Below, in pieces: positions 26,676 to 33,875 of a DNA stretch of 40,464 nucleotides. The position numbers and the translations under genes were made by a program. The DNA is from a virus. Taxonomy: Duplodnaviria > Heunggongvirae > Uroviricota > Caudoviricetes. The stretch spans positions 1 through 40,464 of the IMG/VR virus record IMGVR_UViG_3300028413_000003; one strand, given 5' to 3'. The notes under the pieces were generated by a model. The model saw only the letters and a list, made by a program, of their open reading frames with translations. It had not been told where the DNA came from and did no database searches. Within the stretch, counting starts at the first letter, position 1; each line of letters starts with the position of its first letter.

Positions 26676-27236
26676 ATGTTTATACGTAAAAAATTTGTAA
26701 ATACACAAATAAAAAGAAATAAGGCAAACAAAAAAGTGTTAATGAGAACATTAGGAATTTTTCAATTACAAGAATTAGCAAAAAACAGTTATGAAAATTT
26801 TAGTAACGGTAAAACTATAGATAAGATTTTACAAGATCATGCAGTAGCAAAAAAGCACAAGAAAGATATACAAATATTACTGTTGAATGAATTTTTAAGA
26901 AGATTCAATGGAAACATAGATTTTTTAGATAAAGATTCTCTAAAGGTATTGGATCGATTTATAAATCTTTCTAAGATAAACGAAACATTAAATCTAGGAT
27001 ATCTTTATTGCATTGAAGTACATGACAAAATAAAGATAGGAAAAACTACAAACATAACAAATAGATTGGGTAATTATAAAACTCATAATGGAATAGATGC
27101 AGTTATATTAGCTTTAAACCTATTACCTTTTCATAATGAAGAAGAAACAAAACTAATCAAAGAACTTTCTGCTATTTCTATAACTAAAGAATGGTTTTCT
27201 TGTAAAAACAAAGAAACTATTTTAAATCTATTTTAG
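26676..27236 (+). CDS. Putative GIY-YIG-superfamily (T5orf172/MUG113-like) free-standing endonuclease
   Basis: GYLYCI..KIKIGKT.N..NRL..Y...E..KEWF; markedly AT-rich. Confidence 0.7.
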   Translation: MFIRKKFVNTQIKRNKANKKVLMRTLGIFQLQELAKNSYENFSNGKTIDKILQDHAVAKKHKKDIQILLLNEFLRRFNGNIDFLDKDSLKVLDRFINLSKINETLNLGYLYCIEVHDKIKIGKTTNITNRLGNYKTHNGIDAVILALNLLPFHNEEETKLIKELSAISITKEWFSCKNKETILNLF

Positions 27237-27333
27237 AAGATTGTCGATGGTCACAAATGTTTACGTGCTGATTACACAAAGACAGGCGTTATCAGATGGT
27301 GAAGCAAGGGTTGATTCCTTGGACAATCTTCTA
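27234..27333 (+). ncRNA. tRNA-like four-way-junction RNA with no CCA
   Basis: 12-bp terminal stem TAGAAGATTGTC/GACAATCTTCTA; T-arm-like CAAGG-GTTGATT-CCTTG. Confidence 0.45.
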
Positions 27334-27343
27334 AAATAGATTT

Positions 27344-27432
27344 ATTCAAGTGGCAGAATGGTTATGCAACGGATTGCAAATCCGTGGACAGTAGTTAGTC
27401 TTACGTCGGTTCGATTCCGACCTTGAATTCCA
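27344..27432 (+). tRNA. tRNA-Cys(GCA) with a long variable arm
   Basis: Cloverleaf, loop TTGCAAA, U73, CCA. Confidence 0.88.
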
Positions 27433-27437
27433 ATTTT

Positions 27438-27514
27438 GGTGCATTAGCTCATTGGGTTAGAGTATACCGCTCATAACGGTAAGGTGCGTGGTTCGAATCC
27501 ACGATGCACCACCA
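27438..27514 (+). tRNA. tRNA with CAT anticodon, probably Ile2
   Basis: TACCG-CTCATAA-CGGTA arm, CCA; tilS is in the window. Confidence 0.88.
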
Positions 27515-27519
27515 AATAA

Positions 27520-27595
27520 GGCGCCATCGTCTATCGGTTTAGGATACTAGGTTTTCGCCCTGGAGAGACGGGTTCAACTCCTGTTGGCGCTTCCA
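27520..27595 (+). tRNA. tRNA-Glu(TTC)
   Basis: Cloverleaf, loop TTTTCGC, CCA. Confidence 0.82.
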
Positions 27596-27712
27596 CTTCC
27601 ACTATAACTATTGACAACATCGTGTATGCATGTTACAACATAAGCTTACACACAAGCAGAAAGAGAATACAATGAAACAAAAACACAAACACAAGCATCG
27701 TGATAAACAAAT

Positions 27713-27787
27713 GCGCCGGTAGCTCAGAGGTAGAGCAAGGAACTTTTAATTCCAAGGTCGTGGGTTCGATCCCCTCCCGGCACACCA
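27713..27787 (+). tRNA. tRNA-Lys(TTT)
   Basis: Loop CTTTTAA, CCA; promoter TTGACA(27611)-N17-TACAAC upstream. Confidence 0.85.
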
Positions 27788-27789
27788 AC

Positions 27790-27893
27790 ATTGTTTTAGT
27801 GATGTACTAGATGTGATTCGATTTCACAAGGCGCGCCAGACGTTGCCTGCAGGTTTGCTCGTACTGGCCAGATAGTACATCTTTTAAACAATG
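27790..27893 (+). ncRNA. Circularly permuted tRNA-like RNA (Y RNA/YrlA-like architecture)
   Basis: Terminal stem GATGTACTA/TAGTACATC, then T-arm TGTGA-TTCGATT-TCACA, loop-closed acceptor-like stem AGGCGCG/CGTTGCCT, D-like arm GCA-GGTT-TGC. Confidence 0.55.
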
Positions 27894-27898
27894 AATAT

Positions 27899-27930
27899 GG
27901 TCAATTAGCTCAATAGTAGAGCACCGAGCC
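27899..27930 (+). pseudogene. 5' half of a tRNA
   Basis: GGTCAAT-TA-GCTC-AATAGTA-GAGC, then truncated. Confidence 0.6.
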
Positions 27931-27964
27931 GAGCTTAATGCTAAATAAGCATAGGAGAACTATT

Positions 27965-28612
27965 ATGCTTATATGCCAACACTGTAGTAAAGAATGCAAA
28001 AATAAAAATAGTCATACAAACCATGAAAGAACCTGTCCTTCAAATATTAACAGAATATACAAAAATGGAATGACTGGTAAAACAGCATGGAATAAAGGTA
28101 AAACACTACTTACTTGCGAAGTGACTAAAAAACAGTCGATGCAATCTAAAAAAGACTTTAAATTAGGAAAAAGAAAAGTTACAGGAAGAGCGGCGACGTT
28201 AACAGTTGAAGAAAGGTCAAGACTAGCAAAAAAGCAAGGATTTGGAGGCTACCGCGAAGGCGCAGGCAGAAGTAAAAAATTTTATTATAACGATTCTTTT
28301 GGTAAGCAAGTTTGCTTGCAATCAACGTACGAATTAAGATGTGCTGAGATATTAGATACACTAGGGATTAAATGGATTAGACCCAAGTACATTAAGTATA
28401 ATATAAATAAAAAATACTTTCCTGATTTCTATCTTGTAGATTACGACATTTATTTAGATCCAAAAAACAATTTTTTAGCAATTCAAGACGAAGAAAAAAT
28501 AACTTGTGTTTGTGAACAGAATAATGTAATAGTATTGATATTAACAGAAGACAAACTAAATGAAGAATATATAAAATCGTTACAGAGTCCGAAAAGTGAG
28601 GGCCTCAGCTGA
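27965..28612 (+). CDS. Putative free-standing homing endonuclease: Zn-finger, AWNKG repeat, PD-(D/E)xK nuclease
   Basis: CQHC..H..C, QSTYE, YFPDFYL..DIYLDPK; AGGAG RBS. Confidence 0.75.
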   Translation: MLICQHCSKECKNKNSHTNHERTCPSNINRIYKNGMTGKTAWNKGKTLLTCEVTKKQSMQSKKDFKLGKRKVTGRAATLTVEERSRLAKKQGFGGYREGAGRSKKFYYNDSFGKQVCLQSTYELRCAEILDTLGIKWIRPKYIKYNINKKYFPDFYLVDYDIYLDPKNNFLAIQDEEKITCVCEQNNVIVLILTEDKLNEEYIKSLQSPKSEGLS

Positions 28613-28653
28613 TAACTGAGTGGTAGAAGGAGCGTTACCTTCCTGTAGCACCA
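28579..28653 (+). tRNA. Atypical tRNA-Ile(GAT) with T-loop AGCGTTA, overlapping the nuclease stop codon
   Basis: 7-bp acceptor GTTACAG/CTGTAGC, CTCAG-CTGATAA-CTGAG, A73, CCA. Confidence 0.7.
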
Positions 28654-28654
28654 A

Positions 28655-28694
28655 TAAAGAGAGGTAGTGGGTTCAATACCCACCGCGACTACCA
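28655..28694 (+). pseudogene. 3' half of a tRNA
   Basis: TAAAGAGAGGTA-GTGGG-TTCAATA-CCCAC-CGCGACT-A-CCA. Confidence 0.55.
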
Positions 28695-28787
28695 AGTTTC
28701 GGTATATTGTGTTGAAAATGATATCAACGTCAACACGAAAATGTGGAATGGTTGGGGCTAATGCAAATGACCCACCTCGACTACCAA
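28678..28787 (+). repeat. 18-nt direct repeat (1 mismatch) of a tRNA 3' end
   Basis: ACCCACC[G/T]CGACTACCAA at 28678-28695 and 28770-28787. Confidence 0.8.
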
Positions 28788-28898
28788 AGATATGCGAATC
28801 CGGGCGCATCCAAGAATTTTCCGGCTGAATAACGGTACCAGTTATGGCTGACTGGTTAAATCGCGCCGCTGTAGCGTTGAGCCAACCACACACCCAAT

Positions 28899-29147
28899 TT
28901 GTGTAATAGGATTAAAATGGAATTTAACAAAAACGACCTTAGACTAGTACGCAAACGAATAGAGCCTAGTTTGCCTATTATAGCGGGTGCAGCGGTCATG
29001 TTAAACAGCGGAGGTCCTAATATGCTTGTGCAAAACATCGTTAACAACATTTGCGAGTGCGTATGGATTTCTAACAAAACTGTTGAATATAAGACTTTTC
29101 CAGTTTCTTGTTTAACCCTGATAGGCGACGTAAACGTTTACATTTAA
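28899..29147 (+). CDS. YodC/DUF2158-like small protein
   Basis: GAAVMLNSGGPNMLV...CECVW..F. Confidence 0.65.
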   Translation: MCNRIKMEFNKNDLRLVRKRIEPSLPIIAGAAVMLNSGGPNMLVQNIVNNICECVWISNKTVEYKTFPVSCLTLIGDVNVYI

Positions 29148-29167
29148 TAATAATTACACAGAATAAT

Positions 29168-29253
29168 GTGTCGCATGCTCTAAGGTGGGGCAGGGGATTG
29201 TAAATCCTCCGGGTGAGAGCCCATGCTTGGTTCGATTCCAAGGCGACTCACCA
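29168..29253 (+). tRNA. tRNA-Tyr(GTA)
   Basis: Loop TTGTAAA, long variable arm, CCA. Confidence 0.88.
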
Positions 29254-29259
29254 AATACT

Positions 29260-29336
29260 GCTTTTGTAGCTCAATTGGATAGAGTACCGGATTTCGAATC
29301 CGTTGGTTGTAGGTTCGAGTCCTACCAAGAGCACCA
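29260..29336 (+). tRNA. tRNA-Arg(TCG)
   Basis: Loop TTTCGAA, CCA. Confidence 0.9.
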
Positions 29337-29342
29337 AATAAC

Positions 29343-29419
29343 GCACACGTAGCTCAGTCTGGTGGAGCACTGGTTTGAAGAACCAGGTGTCGGAGGTTCA
29401 AATCCTTCCGTGTGCACCA
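29343..29419 (+). tRNA. tRNA-Phe(GAA)
   Basis: Loop TTGAAGA, CCA. Confidence 0.9.
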
Positions 29420-29543
29420 AATTGTCTATTAGCATAAGCTGTGAAGCAGACCGGGTAACTTCCCACTGTGAATGGATGCACCGGATAGGCACCGGATGGT
29501 AAGCAGACTAGTGTCCTGCATAGATAATATAATAAATACTGTT

Positions 29544-30254
29544 ATGCAAAGATTAATATCAAATCGGGGCCTCGAACAGGCAATTTCTAAAAATTTCAGT
29601 CCAACCGACACCGAAAAACTTTTTAAAAAAAATAAGAAAAGACTAGGAAAAGACTGGGTTTATCAAAACAAAAAAATCTCATATAGTCAAAATCAGGAAG
29701 GATTTCGACACGGCGAGTTTGCCAGCACAGATTGGAAAAATTCCATAGTTGTGCTAGGATGTTCAAATGTGTACGGAATTGGCCTGGCCAACGAGGATAC
29801 TGTTTGTTCGCAGCTGGAAAAACTTCTAAACATTCCTACAGTTAATCTAGGAATTGCAGGAAGTGCAATTGACGTTAGTTCTTGGAATTCTCTTATTCTG
29901 CACGAACACTATCCGCACCCAAAAGCAATCGTGCAAATTTGGACTGGGCCACATCGATATAGCAATATCTCCAAACCTGGATTTATATGCTGTTACTTGC
30001 CTCAGTCTCCTGGGTATTGTGCTAGGCACAATTGGCAAGGTACGTCGGAATTTTATATGATGGCCGATCGAGCATTATGGAGAAACAAAACGTTATATTG
30101 CGAAGGGAGTTTCTTCAGTGACCATGCTGGAATTACTCCATTTAAAAACGTTGATCACGCAAGAGACCTAGCACACCCAGGGATCAAGACCAACGCTGCT
30201 GCCGCAGAAAAAATTGCTGAGGATTTAATACAACGAGGCATAAAAATTAGTTGA
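29544..30254 (+). CDS. SGNH/GDSL-like hydrolase-fold protein
   Basis: VVLGCSNVYG block I, ARDLAHPG block V; AATAAATA upstream. Confidence 0.6.
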   Translation: MQRLISNRGLEQAISKNFSPTDTEKLFKKNKKRLGKDWVYQNKKISYSQNQEGFRHGEFASTDWKNSIVVLGCSNVYGIGLANEDTVCSQLEKLLNIPTVNLGIAGSAIDVSSWNSLILHEHYPHPKAIVQIWTGPHRYSNISKPGFICCYLPQSPGYCARHNWQGTSEFYMMADRALWRNKTLYCEGSFFSDHAGITPFKNVDHARDLAHPGIKTNAAAAEKIAEDLIQRGIKIS

Positions 30255-30286
30255 CATACTAGTATAGACATAGTACGTTGTTTTAG

Positions 30287-30407
30287 TAAGCTGTCGTCTA
30301 ATAGAAGGACACCTTGACGTTGGAAATTGGGTTCAAATCCTACTAGTCGTCTAATCTGGAAGGACACCAAGACTGAGGAAATGCAGTCAGCAAATGCTGC
30401 CAGCTTA
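30287..30407 (+). ncRNA. Fused double pseudo-tRNA
   Basis: One acceptor stem TAAGCTG/CAGCTTA encloses two D-arm/anticodon-arm/T-like units; promoter TTGACA(30251)-N17-TACGTT. Confidence 0.5.
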
Positions 30408-30433
30408 TTAAACATTATTTAGAAAGAAATACA

Positions 30434-30805
30434 ATGCTCGAACTATTCAAAACTGATGTACTTGTAATGCGCAAGGAAAAGAATCCACTTGCAAGTGTAA
30501 TGGTGTTTCACTTAGATGAAATTCAGAAAATTGGCAAGAATGATAATACCCGAGAAACCTCCGCTGACGAAGCAGTCCAGTATGTCAAGAAAGCTGTGCA
30601 GAAGCTAAAGGAGAACAAGTTTGCTGATCCACAAGAGATCGCAATCCTTTCCAAGTATCTTCCTGCTATGGCAACTGAGCTACAACTGCGAGCTGTGATT
30701 GAGCCAATTCTGCAATCCGGCGGCAACATCGGACAAGTGATGAAAGCTGTAAAATCAGAGTTTGGTACCAGTGCTGATATGGCATTGGTTCGCACACTTT
30801 GCTAA
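30434..30805 (+). CDS. GatB/YqeY domain protein
   Basis: EIAILSKYLP...IGQVMKAVK..FG..AD...V. Confidence 0.8.
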   Translation: MLELFKTDVLVMRKEKNPLASVMVFHLDEIQKIGKNDNTRETSADEAVQYVKKAVQKLKENKFADPQEIAILSKYLPAMATELQLRAVIEPILQSGGNIGQVMKAVKSEFGTSADMALVRTLC

Positions 30806-30932
30806 CACAGGGAAGAGTATTTGTACATCCACAAGGCGGCACATTGTTTATTAATAATCAAAGAGTTTATTACAGAAACCATCGAAATGCTAGAAACTGC
30901 AAAAACATTGAAACAGGAAAAAGAGTTATAAT

Positions 30933-31934
30933 ATGGGATGCTGGAATAAAACATGCGGACTAACCAATCTACCAATTTTCGAAGGCGAAGAAGTCTACGT
31001 ATTTCCGCTTATGGAAAACGGCACTGATTCCAGTTTCTGCAAAAGTTCAGCATTATGGAAACCTGTGCTTACTCCGTTTGTAGCAGAATACGACGACTAC
31101 GGTGGTGGCACCAATGCCTCTGGCGTGGCACTGCCTCTAATTCTTGCTGGAATCAAAGAGATACTAGTCGAAACTGAGGTTGGCGACAATGAGGTTCATG
31201 ATATTGCAGTCAAACGTGATAATTTTGACATCGACTTGTTCTTTGAGGCCACGCACGAACGCAGACTTTTTGCCAAAGAATACGGATCAATGCCGCCTTG
31301 TGAAATCAACTATGTAATGATGCGCAAAGACTTTGTAGACGATCTGTGGTCTAACTATAAATTTGATCAATACACCGGCAAGGGAAAAGGACTTGATCCC
31401 ACTGAAGATTATGATCGTGATGTAACCTATGCACAGCTAGCAGAAACATTACCCAGCTTTATTGAAAGTTATTTTGAAAATAAGTGTTGGTCAGATGAAA
31501 ATCTCACAGATGAAGAATTTGTAGAAAAATGGGTTACTGACAAAACAGTCGATGTAGAAAAAATTGCCAAGGTAAAAAGTATTCTTAGGACCGTGGATAA
31601 TGGTGGATTTAGTGATGGTATAGTACTAGACCAAAATTCTTCGCACCCACTTAAAAACACATTTCGTCGCTATGGTGCCGGCACCGAGCTTGACATATTT
31701 CGTCTACGATCTAAAGTAAGTGATGCATATGCAGCAGGCGATACCAACCGGGTACTTGAATTGTTGCAACTGGCGTTGGTAGGAAATTGCATTGAAAGAT
31801 TTATGGATAGTACCCGAAAAGCATGGATCCCAGGGCTTCACGAAGGAAGTCAAGGTCAAGATCATGATGCGTATCGGTTCTTGGTTAACGGAATCACCAA
31901 GATTATTGACGAATACGAGGTTGAACATCATTAA
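30933..31934 (+). CDS. Hypothetical protein (MGCWNKTCGLTNLPI, YDDYG)
   Basis: 333-aa ORF. Confidence 0.75.
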   Translation: MGCWNKTCGLTNLPIFEGEEVYVFPLMENGTDSSFCKSSALWKPVLTPFVAEYDDYGGGTNASGVALPLILAGIKEILVETEVGDNEVHDIAVKRDNFDIDLFFEATHERRLFAKEYGSMPPCEINYVMMRKDFVDDLWSNYKFDQYTGKGKGLDPTEDYDRDVTYAQLAETLPSFIESYFENKCWSDENLTDEEFVEKWVTDKTVDVEKIAKVKSILRTVDNGGFSDGIVLDQNSSHPLKNTFRRYGAGTELDIFRLRSKVSDAYAAGDTNRVLELLQLALVGNCIERFMDSTRKAWIPGLHEGSQGQDHDAYRFLVNGITKIIDEYEVEHH

Positions 31935-32163
31935 CATGCTTGACAGTACTGTATTAGTCTGCTAATATAGTTACACAACACAACAAACAGGGACGTTACA
32001 ATGGCTAAGATTGTTATTTCAGAAGAATTTTCAGAACAGCTCAGAGCATGGGATAAAACATCTTCAGAGAGCCTTGCAAAATTAGGATTGGATGAATTGC
32101 CAGTTGGCCTCCCAACAATCGAATCTTGGAATAAAGTCACCAAAATTATAAAAGAGATCAACA

Positions 32164-32613
32164 ATGAAGATTGAATATCGAAACGGCGACATGTTTAAAA
32201 CTGATATCAAAGTGCTTGCACACGGCTGCAATGCACAAGGTGTTATGGGTAGTGGCGTGGCAAAGATTGTACGAGACGACTTTCCGTTGGCGTACAATGC
32301 ATATTTAAACCAGTATGCTGCAATTACTATTGGTCTTGCAATGGGCTGTATTATTCCTGTAGAAGAAAACGACAAAGTTTTGATCAATGCAATTACACAG
32401 CAGTTCTATGGCGGCGAAAAAAAGCGATACGTTAGCTACGATGCAGTATCCGATGCAATGCGCAACATCAATGAATTTTGCGAATGCAGGGGCCATTCTC
32501 ATGTTGCAATGCCGCAGATTGGCGCTGGCCTGGGTGGCGGCAATTGGAATGTTATTGCTACCATTATTGAGAGTGAATTCACCAATGTAAAACCGGTTGT
32601 GTACATTTATTAA
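32164..32613 (+). CDS. Macro domain (ADP-ribose-binding/hydrolase) protein
   Basis: GDMF, AHGCNAQGVMGSGVA, MPQIGAGLGGGNW. Confidence 0.92.
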   Translation: MKIEYRNGDMFKTDIKVLAHGCNAQGVMGSGVAKIVRDDFPLAYNAYLNQYAAITIGLAMGCIIPVEENDKVLINAITQQFYGGEKKRYVSYDAVSDAMRNINEFCECRGHSHVAMPQIGAGLGGGNWNVIATIIESEFTNVKPVVYIY

Positions 32614-32625
32614 AGGAATAAAATA

Positions 32626-32844
32626 TTGCCAAAACACGACGGAGCCCTACTAGCTGTGATGTTTATACTCTTGTCAGTTGCGATGATCTTTTTTGTTGTT
32701 GCAGTAGTACATCAAGAATTCTTGAAAACAGCGACAGAAACTTTGGAAACAATGACGCAAGAATCCATTAGCCGAGGCTATGCATTGTTTTGCCCTAATA
32801 CCGGAGAGCTTGCATGGGTTGGCGAATGCGATAAGGAACAGTAA
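32626..32844 (+). CDS. Small membrane protein
   Basis: TM helix; AAGGA RBS, TTG start. Confidence 0.5.
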   Translation: MPKHDGALLAVMFILLSVAMIFFVVAVVHQEFLKTATETLETMTQESISRGYALFCPNTGELAWVGECDKEQ

Positions 32845-32854
32845 ATTTTATTAC

Positions 32855-32935
32855 GGACTACGTAGCTCAGATTGGAAGAGCGCCTATGCTTTGTCGCGTG
32901 GGAGGTCGTTGGTTCAAGTCCATCCTAGTCCAACA
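32855..32935 (+). tRNA. Aberrant tRNA: expanded anticodon arm, ACA 3' end, identity unclear
   Basis: Normal D- and T-arms; arm CCTATG-CTTTGTCG-CGTGGG. Confidence 0.5.
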
Positions 32936-33058
32936 ATAGCTTGCGAGAAAGATTAACTTCCTTCCTGGTTTAAAGACTAGGATAGCAAGCTTAGGCAGCA
33001 ACGACTGCCTTATCCAAGGTCCTGCATACAACCACTTCGTTGAGAGGTTGTATGCAGA

Positions 33059-33128
33059 TTCTGTATCGTCTACTGGATAGGACGCTAGCAGTCAGCTAGA
33101 AAAACGGGTTCGATTCCTGTTGCAGTAA
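33059..33128 (+). tRNA. Aberrant tRNA-Asp(GTC)-like, A at position 33, no CCA
   Basis: CTAG-CAGTCAG-CTAG arm; T-arm ACGGG-TTCGATT-CCTGT. Confidence 0.5.
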
Positions 33129-33148
33129 TGACGTTGGATAGAAATTAC

Positions 33149-33252
33149 GGAGAGGTAGCTCAGAGACGAAGGAGTTCTGCAGAACGAATTTGTTGAGGTA
33201 GAGCACGGGCAAGAGCCTGGTGTCAGTGGTTCGATTCCATTTCTCTCCACCA
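33149..33252 (+). tRNA. Aberrant tRNA with a ~30-nt D-loop insertion and a 4-nt anticodon loop
   Basis: Acceptor GGAGAGG/TCTCTCC-A-CCA, canonical T-arm, arm CGGGC-AAGA-GCCTG. Confidence 0.65.
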
Positions 33253-33256
33253 ATAT

Positions 33257-33331
33257 GCGCCGGTAGCTCAGCGGTAGAGCAGCGGTCTCTTAAACCGAAG
33301 GTCATGGGTTCGAATCCCATCCGGCACACCA
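33257..33331 (+). tRNA. tRNA-Lys(CTT)
   Basis: Loop CTCTTAA, CCA. Confidence 0.88.
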
Positions 33332-33419
33332 AAATACACGTTGACATGTCAGCAACACTCTGCTACATTTACATATAGACACGATGCACAATGCATAGAC
33401 ACACAGGATAGGAACTAAC

Positions 33420-33644
33420 ATGAAGCGTAAATGCAATGACTTTACCATCACTCCAAACACACAATCCGAACGAGTGCAAACAAACTTGTGGAATGTCATA
33501 GTTGGCGGCAAGCAATATACCACTGTGGTAGGGCAAGAAAAAGCACAACGCACTGCCGATGCACTGAACCTTGATCCCGATGCGCTGGAACGTGGCGAAA
33601 CGCGAGCAGCGCGTGCGGCTGGCCAAACCAGCACACTTGACTAA
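33420..33644 (+). CDS. Hypothetical protein
   Basis: AGGA RBS; promoter TTGACA(33341)-N17-TACATT. Confidence 0.55.
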   Translation: MKRKCNDFTITPNTQSERVQTNLWNVIVGGKQYTTVVGQEKAQRTADALNLDPDALERGETRAARAAGQTSTLD

Positions 33645-33875
33645 CATGCAAAAGCTTCTTGAACAGTGGATGAACAATCAAGACTCTAAGAACAGTAACG
33701 AGATTGTCCGTCGTGTGCGCAAATACTGGTCTGCACACAATCGCAAGGAATTTGTAGCCGAACTAATCTTCAATATGGATTACTCCAATGACGAGTTAGT
33801 AACGCTAGCAAACGAAATTGGTCGTCTAGCACATGAAAGAGAACGTGTGCTAGACACTATTAAAAGAGAAAATAT

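Noticed and set aside
26436-27333. Group I intron carrying the GIY-YIG-like ORF
   Set aside because: The candidate P7 (AAGACUA / UUGUCG) pairs poorly and no flanking exon halves are evident.
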